From: Polyangiaceae bacterium
GTDB taxonomy: Bacteria > Myxococcota_A > Polyangia > Polyangiales > Polyangiaceae
Assembly (NCBI GenBank): GCA_965222375.1
Contig: CBDCTZ010000013.1
Location: 608,001 to 672,000, forward strand
Direction: 5' to 3'
Length of the DNA: 64,000 nucleotides
Below the pieces are notes generated by a model. That model searched no databases. It was given only the letters and a program-made list of their open reading frames with translations, and was not told the origin of the DNA. Shown here one piece after another: positions 58,445-64,000 of this stretch. A program made the position numbers and the translations under genes. Numbering within the stretch: the stretch's first letter is position 1; every line of letters starts with the position of its first letter.

Positions 58445-59836
58445 ATGACGGCCAGCTCCAAGGCTGCGCCGTCCAAGCGCGCAATCGCCCTCGCCCTCGG
58501 CCCGCTACTGGGCATTGGGCTGTACCTGCTGACCATTGGGTTGGGATTGCCTCGTGCGGCGGCGCTCACCGCAGGCGTCACTGGATTGTGCGCATGCTGG
58601 TGGGTGCTCGAGCCGATCGCGATTCCTGCGACTTCGATGATCCCCTTTGCGGCATTTCCACTGACGGGCGTTCTAAACCACAAGCAGGTCGCCAGCGCCT
58701 ACGGACATACGCTGATCCTGCTCTTGCTTGGCGGGTTCATGGTCAGCATGGCGCTGGAAAAGAGCGGCGCGCACCGCCGGCTGGCCCTGGGCATGGTGCG
58801 GCTGGTTGGAGCCACGAGCGGCCGCCGCCTCGTCCTCGGCTTCATGTTGGCCACGGCCGTCATGAGCATGTGGATCAGTAACACTGCGGCAACACTCATG
58901 ATGCTCCCGGTGGCGCTTGCGCTGATCGAGAAGGATCGCGGGCCCCTGTCTCGGGCGTTGCTTCTGGGTATCGCTTACTCCGCTAGTATCGGCGGGCTAG
59001 GGACACCCATAGGTACGCCCCCGAACGTGATCTTCATGGGGATCTACAAGGAGGTCGCAGGCACGGAAATGTCGTTTTCCGAGTGGATGCGCATAGGCGT
59101 ACCCGCAACACTGGTGCTCTTGCCTATCGCCTGGCTAGTTGTGACGCGGGGCGTGGTGAAAACAGTCGAACTGAGCCTGCCGAGCGTGGGGCCGTGGCGG
59201 CCAGCAGAGCGCCGGGTCCTCGTCGTGTTCGCTCTAACTGCGTTGGCCTGGGTCACGCGCACCGAACCTTTCGGAGGATGGAGCCGTTGGGTGGGCGGCA
59301 GCGCAGTCAGCGATAGCACCGTGGCGCTCGCGGCAGCCGTCACCCTCTTCCTCGTTCCCGACGGCGAGCGCGGCACTTTGCTGGATTGGCCTACTGCCAA
59401 AAGGATCCCATGGGGCCTGCTGGTTCTTTTCGGAGGCGGCATCGCCATTGCGCGTGCCTTCGACGAGTCGGGGCTGTCCCGCGCCCTGGGCGATGCACTG
59501 TCCCGCGTGTCCTCGCTTCCGATATTGCTGATGCTCGGACTGGTATGCCTGGTGGTCACGTTTCTGACCGAAGTGACCAGCAACACAGCAACCGCTACTC
59601 TGCTCATGCCAGTGCTCGCCGCCGCCGCCCTCGGCGCCGGCCTTGATCCCAAATTGCTGATGGTGCCCGCCGCGCTTGCCGCAAGTTGTGCCTTCATGCT
59701 GCCCGTCGCCACTGCGCCCAACGCGATTGTGTTCGGAACCGAGCGTGTGACCACGGCCCAAATGGCCCGAACCGGAGCTGCCCTCAACGTGATCGGTGCT
59801 TTGGCGCTGGCGTTACTCTGCTACGTCATCCTGTAG
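58445..59836 (+). CDS. SLC13/DASS family sodium-coupled di/tricarboxylate or sulfate symporter
   Basis: SMWISNTA, GTPIGTPPN, TEVTSNTAT, FMLPVATAPNAIVF. Confidence 0.92.
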   Translation: MTASSKAAPSKRAIALALGPLLGIGLYLLTIGLGLPRAAALTAGVTGLCACWWVLEPIAIPATSMIPFAAFPLTGVLNHKQVASAYGHTLILLLLGGFMVSMALEKSGAHRRLALGMVRLVGATSGRRLVLGFMLATAVMSMWISNTAATLMMLPVALALIEKDRGPLSRALLLGIAYSASIGGLGTPIGTPPNVIFMGIYKEVAGTEMSFSEWMRIGVPATLVLLPIAWLVVTRGVVKTVELSLPSVGPWRPAERRVLVVFALTALAWVTRTEPFGGWSRWVGGSAVSDSTVALAAAVTLFLVPDGERGTLLDWPTAKRIPWGLLVLFGGGIAIARAFDESGLSRALGDALSRVSSLPILLMLGLVCLVVTFLTEVTSNTATATLLMPVLAAAALGAGLDPKLLMVPAALAASCAFMLPVATAPNAIVFGTERVTTAQMARTGAALNVIGALALALLCYVIL

Positions 59837-59919
59837 CCGACAAGTTCACCATTCTAGGGACGCAAGAACTCCGCGGACTTGCCGCGAAGCCTTTCACTGT
59901 TCGCTAGCGGCGTCCGGCA

Positions 59920-60633
59920 TCAGTTGCAGACGCCGGGACACTGCGCCGAACACTGCTTCGCGGTACCGCCCTGGCACCTGCACGTCGCGCAGCAACCGAT
60001 GCAACCGATGCACGTGGGGGCCTTGCACAGCTGAGGGAGACCGCCGGAGCCAATCAGTCCGAAGCCCCCGGAACCAATCAGTCCGAAGCCCCCCGAACCA
60101 ATCAGTCCGAAGCCACCCGAACCAACCAGTCCGAAGCCACCCGAACCAACCAGTCCGAAGCCGCCCGAACCAACCAGTCCGAAGCCGCCCGAACCAACCA
60201 GTCCGAAGCCGCCCGAACCAATCAGTCCGGTGCCACCCGTGTTCGAGCCGCCCGTGCTGGCACCGCCTGTATTCGTGCCACCGCTACCTGATGTCCCGCC
60301 GCTGCCAGCGGATCCCGCCGAGCCGGCGCTCCCTGCGGTGCCACTAGATCCCGCCGTGCCACTAGATCCCGCCGTGCCACTAGATCCCGCCGTGCCACTA
60401 GATCCCGCCGTGCCACTGGAACCGGCGGTGCCACTCGCCCCCGCCGAGCCAGAAGTTCCACCACCAGAACCCGCCGTACCCGAGGACCCAGAGGTACCAC
60501 CGCTACTGGCGTCCACCCCTGCGTCTTGTCCGGTGCCACCCCCGCTTCCTGTCGAGGAGTCGTCGCTGCTTCCGCAGGACGCCGCCAACCCCAACGCCAA
60601 AACTGAACAAACCCAAAGATGCTTCGCCGCCAT
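59920..60633 (-). CDS. Gly-rich repeat lipoprotein with C-terminal Cys-rich cap
   Basis: Lipobox AASC, GSSGTA repeats, GSGGFGL(V/I) repeats, then CKAPTCIGCIGCCATCRCQ...C...C...CN. Start is 60633 or 60651. Confidence 0.85.
   Translation of the reverse strand: MAAKHLWVCSVLALGLAASCGSSDDSSTGSGGGTGQDAGVDASSGGTSGSSGTAGSGGGTSGSAGASGTAGSSGTAGSSGTAGSSGTAGSSGTAGSSGTAGSAGSAGSAGSGGTSGSGGTNTGGASTGGSNTGGTGLIGSGGFGLVGSGGFGLVGSGGFGLVGSGGFGLVGSGGFGLIGSGGFGLIGSGGFGLIGSGGLPQLCKAPTCIGCIGCCATCRCQGGTAKQCSAQCPGVCN
60041..60232. repeat. Eight tandem 24-bp coding repeats
   Basis: Consensus CCNCCSGARCCAAYCAGTCCGAAG on the plus strand; encodes FGL(V/I)GSGG on the minus strand (the first unit has T instead of F). Confidence 0.95.
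60335..60424. repeat. About five tandem 18-bp coding repeats
   Basis: GCCGTGCCACTAGATCCC units; encode GSSGTA on the minus strand. Confidence 0.92.
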
Positions 60634-60748
60634 AGTACGAGTGTCGGACATTTTCGCCGTCAACACAACTCGTTTTCCTCCATGACGCCATGCATCACCC
60701 CGGAATCCTCCAACAACGCCTCTCGGGCCTGTGGGATGCTTGGCCTCG

Positions 60749-61834
60749 ATGTGCATCGTCGTGTTTGGCGCAACCGGTTTCACAGGGCGGCTCGTCACCC
60801 GGGAGTTGGCGGCGCTCGGCGCGGACGAGCTAATCCTCGGCGGTCGGAGCAGGGAGCGGCTCGACGCCCTCGCCGAGAAAACCAAGTCGGAAGTTCGGGT
60901 GGCTGATGTGGCCAGCGCAAGCGACTTGCGCACCCTCGTGCGGGGGGCCAGAGTTGTGGTGTCGACGGTTGGGCCTTTCTTGAAGTTTGGCGAGGCCGTG
61001 GTGCGCGCAGCGCTGGACGCCGGCGCGCACTTCTTGGACACGACGGGAGAGCAGGCATACGTCGCCAAGCTCGTGGAGCGCTACCACGGGGCTGCGGTCG
61101 AAAAGAAGGTCGCCATCGTCAACGCCCATGCCTTCGAGTTCGCCCTGGGGATCTCTGCGGCAAGTCTGTTGTGCGAGCGACACCCCGACGTGCACAGCGT
61201 CGACGTGTTCAACCGCGCGGGAGGCTCAGGCGCGTCCCGGGGGACGCAAAAGTCCGCTCTCGGCGCACTCCAGGCGGAAGCGTTGGTGCGCAAGCGCGGG
61301 CGCCTCGTGCCACGAGGGCCCAACCCACGACCCATGCGGGTGCGTTTCCCGGGCCGCAGTCGATCGTCCGTGGCCGTTCCCTTTCCGGGGACCGAAGCAC
61401 TCTTCCTGAGTCGCGCGTATCCAAATGTGAAAAACGTCTCAACCAACCTGGTGATGCCGAAAGCAGCCGCTTACGCCGCAATGGGGCTCTGGTCTGTTCG
61501 CGGCGCTCTGCGCCCATTGGCGGGCATCGGCGCACTCTCCTGGCTCGAAGCGCGCATCGACGCAGGCGCCGAAGGCCCCGATGAAAGCGCACGTCAGTCC
61601 CAGAATTTCACCGTTCTAGCGCAAGGACATGGCCGGTCGGGGTCGCCCGCAGTGACCATTCACGGCAGTGATCCCTACGGCATCACCGGGATGTTGGCTG
61701 CTCAAGGCGCGCATTGGCTCAGACAGGACGGCCCGCAAAGGCCGGGAGTCGTGTCATCCGCGGAGGCCTTCGGCGCCAAGCGCATACTCGGCGAACTCGC
61801 ACCCCACGACGTGCGATACGAGATGCACGACTAA
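60749..61834 (+). CDS. Saccharopine dehydrogenase-like NAD(P)-binding oxidoreductase
   Basis: VFGATGFTG, GGRS, TVGPF..FG..VV, FLDTTGE, DPYG.T. Confidence 0.85.
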   Translation: MCIVVFGATGFTGRLVTRELAALGADELILGGRSRERLDALAEKTKSEVRVADVASASDLRTLVRGARVVVSTVGPFLKFGEAVVRAALDAGAHFLDTTGEQAYVAKLVERYHGAAVEKKVAIVNAHAFEFALGISAASLLCERHPDVHSVDVFNRAGGSGASRGTQKSALGALQAEALVRKRGRLVPRGPNPRPMRVRFPGRSRSSVAVPFPGTEALFLSRAYPNVKNVSTNLVMPKAAAYAAMGLWSVRGALRPLAGIGALSWLEARIDAGAEGPDESARQSQNFTVLAQGHGRSGSPAVTIHGSDPYGITGMLAAQGAHWLRQDGPQRPGVVSSAEAFGAKRILGELAPHDVRYEMHD

Positions 61835-61835
61835 T

Positions 61836-63827
61836 TCACTCGAGTGGTAGCTCTAGATTGGCGCTGACGTGCAGGCTGCGTCCCGGCAGTGGAAATCCAA
61901 GCAAGTCGAGTTCGCGCTCATCCAATATATTGTCCAGGCTACCGCGCAGGACGAGCAGGCCGCGAAAAAGTGCCACGGCCGCATCCGTGCTCAATACCTG
62001 CGACGCAGGCAGCACGATGAGCCCTGCTGGGTCAGCAACCCGGCTCGACCGCGTACGCATGGACAGCCCGACCTCGGCGCGGGAGATCCGAGGTGGCGCT
62101 GGCGCAGCGTAGGCGGCCACCCGAGCATGACTCGTCAATCTCGACTGGAAGGGCAGGAGATCGTTACGGGTGTTGCGACCTGCAGTGATATCTCGAGGCT
62201 CCATTGCCGTCACGGCGACGTCCAATTGCAGGTGCTGGAGCGCATCGATCCGTGCTGCCAGCTCCGCACCAAGGACGCGCGCGGCCCCGATATTGAACGG
62301 GCGCAGGGAGCCAAAGCCCGAGCGACGAAACGCGATCAGGTCGTCCACCTGGCGTGCGAAGCCGCCGAGATCTGCCTCGAAGCTGAATTTGGCGGAGGGT
62401 GACAGTCGACTCCGAGCGCCCAGCTCTACGGAAACCCCACGTTCAGGCTCGAGGCTGGGGTTGCCCAGGGATACGGCGGACACGCCGTACAACTCTCCCA
62501 AGGTGGGCGGCCGCTGAGCCAAGCCAGCGCTGCCACGAAGACTCAACTGCGGCAGTGGCGACAGCACGGCGCCAAGGCGTCCTTGCGGCATGGTGTCCGA
62601 CCGCCCCGTGCCAACGGTACCTTGAGTAGCATATTGGTCCACTGCGGCAGCAGCGAGGAGCCTCAGCTTCGAGAAGGGGCGATAGGACGCACCCAGCGTG
62701 CTGCGCCCGGTGAAGCGCCGAGCGTGGGAGGCCACCGAGGACTCGCTCCTGAGCCGCGAAACCTCGTAGCGAACTCGAAGCCGCGCGGACACCGGCCCGA
62801 GAGCGCCACGCCAGCCGACACTCTGACCCAACCGCACGCCCAGCAATCGGGTCGAAGCTGCTCCCAGCCCAAGTTCCCGAGCTTCATCGTCAACGGCATG
62901 TGCAGTCCAAAGCGCGTCGGTTCCGACTTCGATGCTACAGGCGTCGGCATCCCGTCGACATGGCGTGCGGCCTTCAGTGCCCATGAGCATGCGGCGAGTT
63001 CGAGAGCGCGCTTTTGACGCGGGAATCAGGGCGATACCCGCAGCACCTTGGCGGCGAGAGAACGCGTTTACGACGGTTACGAAACGAGCGCGCCCAAATC
63101 GCCACTGGTTCACCGACCAAATATCCGACTCGGAGTGGTCGGCGTTGTCCCTAGAACGCTCCCGATCGTCACTGGGATCGAACGCAGTCCCGCCATCATC
63201 CAAGTAGGAGAAGTCGTTGTCGGCCCGAGCCAGCCGCACGCCGACCGAAGAGGAGGCCGACTTACCAGCAACCGCTCCACCAACCGTCAGAGACCGTGCA
63301 CCAAAGCTGCCAACTGATCCGCCCAGGTTGACGCCCGAGCGGCGAGCGCGCCGGGGCTCGAATACGACCGCTCCGCCGATCCCCCATTGGTCGAGCTCCA
63401 CAGGTGTAGCGCCGCGATAGACCTCGACCCGGTCCAACATCCACAGAGGAACGCGACTCAGATCTGCGGTGCCGGTCAAGTCATCGTTGAGCCGTACTCT
63501 GCCCAAGTACACGGGGGTTTGCGCGCTGGAAGCTGCGCGAAGTGAAACCGTGGCGAGTTCGGCGCCAGAGCCGGATCGTGAGAGCTGCGCGCCAGGCACC
63601 TCCGCCAAGACCCTGCTCGCGTCTGCGCCAGGACGAGTCAGGCGATGCCGATCAACGCGGGTTGAGCTGATACTGTCGTCCCGACTCGAGCTCAGGGGGC
63701 GCTTCGGACCAGCGACGGTCACGTCTAGTTGTCCGGAATGCTCCGTAGGGGCGTCCGGCTGCGCGCGAGCCAAACCCGCATGCAGCGAGCCAACTAGAGC
63801 GACGACTGAAACCGTTCTCAAGGACAC
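61836..63827 (-). CDS. TonB-dependent receptor (BtuB-like size; possibly cobalamin uptake)
   Basis: Signal peptide, plug motifs LAEVPG...VSLR...DRVEVYRG...GGAV, R.P...ELYG..GNPSLEPE, FPLPGRS. Substrate is inferred. Confidence 0.8.
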   Translation of the reverse strand: MSLRTVSVVALVGSLHAGLARAQPDAPTEHSGQLDVTVAGPKRPLSSSRDDSISSTRVDRHRLTRPGADASRVLAEVPGAQLSRSGSGAELATVSLRAASSAQTPVYLGRVRLNDDLTGTADLSRVPLWMLDRVEVYRGATPVELDQWGIGGAVVFEPRRARRSGVNLGGSVGSFGARSLTVGGAVAGKSASSSVGVRLARADNDFSYLDDGGTAFDPSDDRERSRDNADHSESDIWSVNQWRFGRARFVTVVNAFSRRQGAAGIALIPASKARSRTRRMLMGTEGRTPCRRDADACSIEVGTDALWTAHAVDDEARELGLGAASTRLLGVRLGQSVGWRGALGPVSARLRVRYEVSRLRSESSVASHARRFTGRSTLGASYRPFSKLRLLAAAAVDQYATQGTVGTGRSDTMPQGRLGAVLSPLPQLSLRGSAGLAQRPPTLGELYGVSAVSLGNPSLEPERGVSVELGARSRLSPSAKFSFEADLGGFARQVDDLIAFRRSGFGSLRPFNIGAARVLGAELAARIDALQHLQLDVAVTAMEPRDITAGRNTRNDLLPFQSRLTSHARVAAYAAPAPPRISRAEVGLSMRTRSSRVADPAGLIVLPASQVLSTDAAVALFRGLLVLRGSLDNILDERELDLLGFPLPGRSLHVSANLELPLE

Positions 63828-64000
63828 TCGGCGTTCAGAATGCCAACCGCATCCAGATCGAAGACGCCGTTGCTGCCGACCAAGTCCACACGGTCGGTGA
63901 TGCGCACGTAGCGAGCACGCTGGAGCCCCAGAGTGGCCAAATCGTAAACATCTCCACCCGCCCCGGCCCCAAGCGGATCAATGCCGTTGTTGTCCGCATT
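63818..64000 (-). CDS. C-terminal part of a cell-surface protein upstream of the TBDR (5' end truncated by window)
   Basis: My translation: NADNNGIDPLGAGAGGDVYDLATLGLQRARYVRITDRVDLVGSNGVFDLDAVGILNAECP*. Overlaps the TBDR start by 10 bp. Confidence 0.75.
   Translation of the reverse strand, partial: NADNNGIDPLGAGAGGDVYDLATLGLQRARYVRITDRVDLVGSNGVFDLDAVGILNAECP

Noticed and set aside
60041..60424. Tandem repeats as a possible CRISPR array
   Set aside because: Units are contiguous with no unique spacers, their lengths are multiples of 3 inside an ORF, and there are no cas genes.

Overview
A GC-rich, gene-dense bacterial window of about 56 CDS. It is most consistent with Myxococcota (Polyangiales-like), based on a MYXO-CTERM-type C-terminus, many Gly/Ser-tethered Cys-rich lipoproteins and a Hanks-type kinase. 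I found no rRNA, intact tRNA, CRISPR array, transposase or integrase. Main blocks: (1) secreted pectate lyase- and pectinacetylesterase-family lipoproteins plus lysA (1-8.6 kb); (2) two divergent sugar ABC transporters with an L-fucose/D-arabinose-isomerase-like gene and an FGGY pentulose kinase, interrupted by an orphan lipoprotein (8.7-20.3 kb); (3) a tonB-exbB-exbD-exbD-TBDR-lipoprotein operon divergent from a phoB-like regulator, with 11-bp-periodic Pho-box-like repeats in front of four genes (32.8-40.5 kb); (4) a translationally coupled three-lipoprotein operon centred on an 11-CxxCH multiheme cytochrome (41.6-45.3 kb); (5) ppx, GT-C-like membrane proteins with a truncated paralog, a mepA-like peptidase, a lipoprotein with 8 tandem GSGGFGL(V/I) units, and a second TBDR (48-64 kb). 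The best candidates for undescribed systems are the Pho-box-marked TonB/surface-lipoprotein scavenging module, the multiheme cytochrome operon and the putative D-arabinose-type catabolic cluster. All product calls come from motif recognition by eye, no database was searched, and many start codons are my choices.
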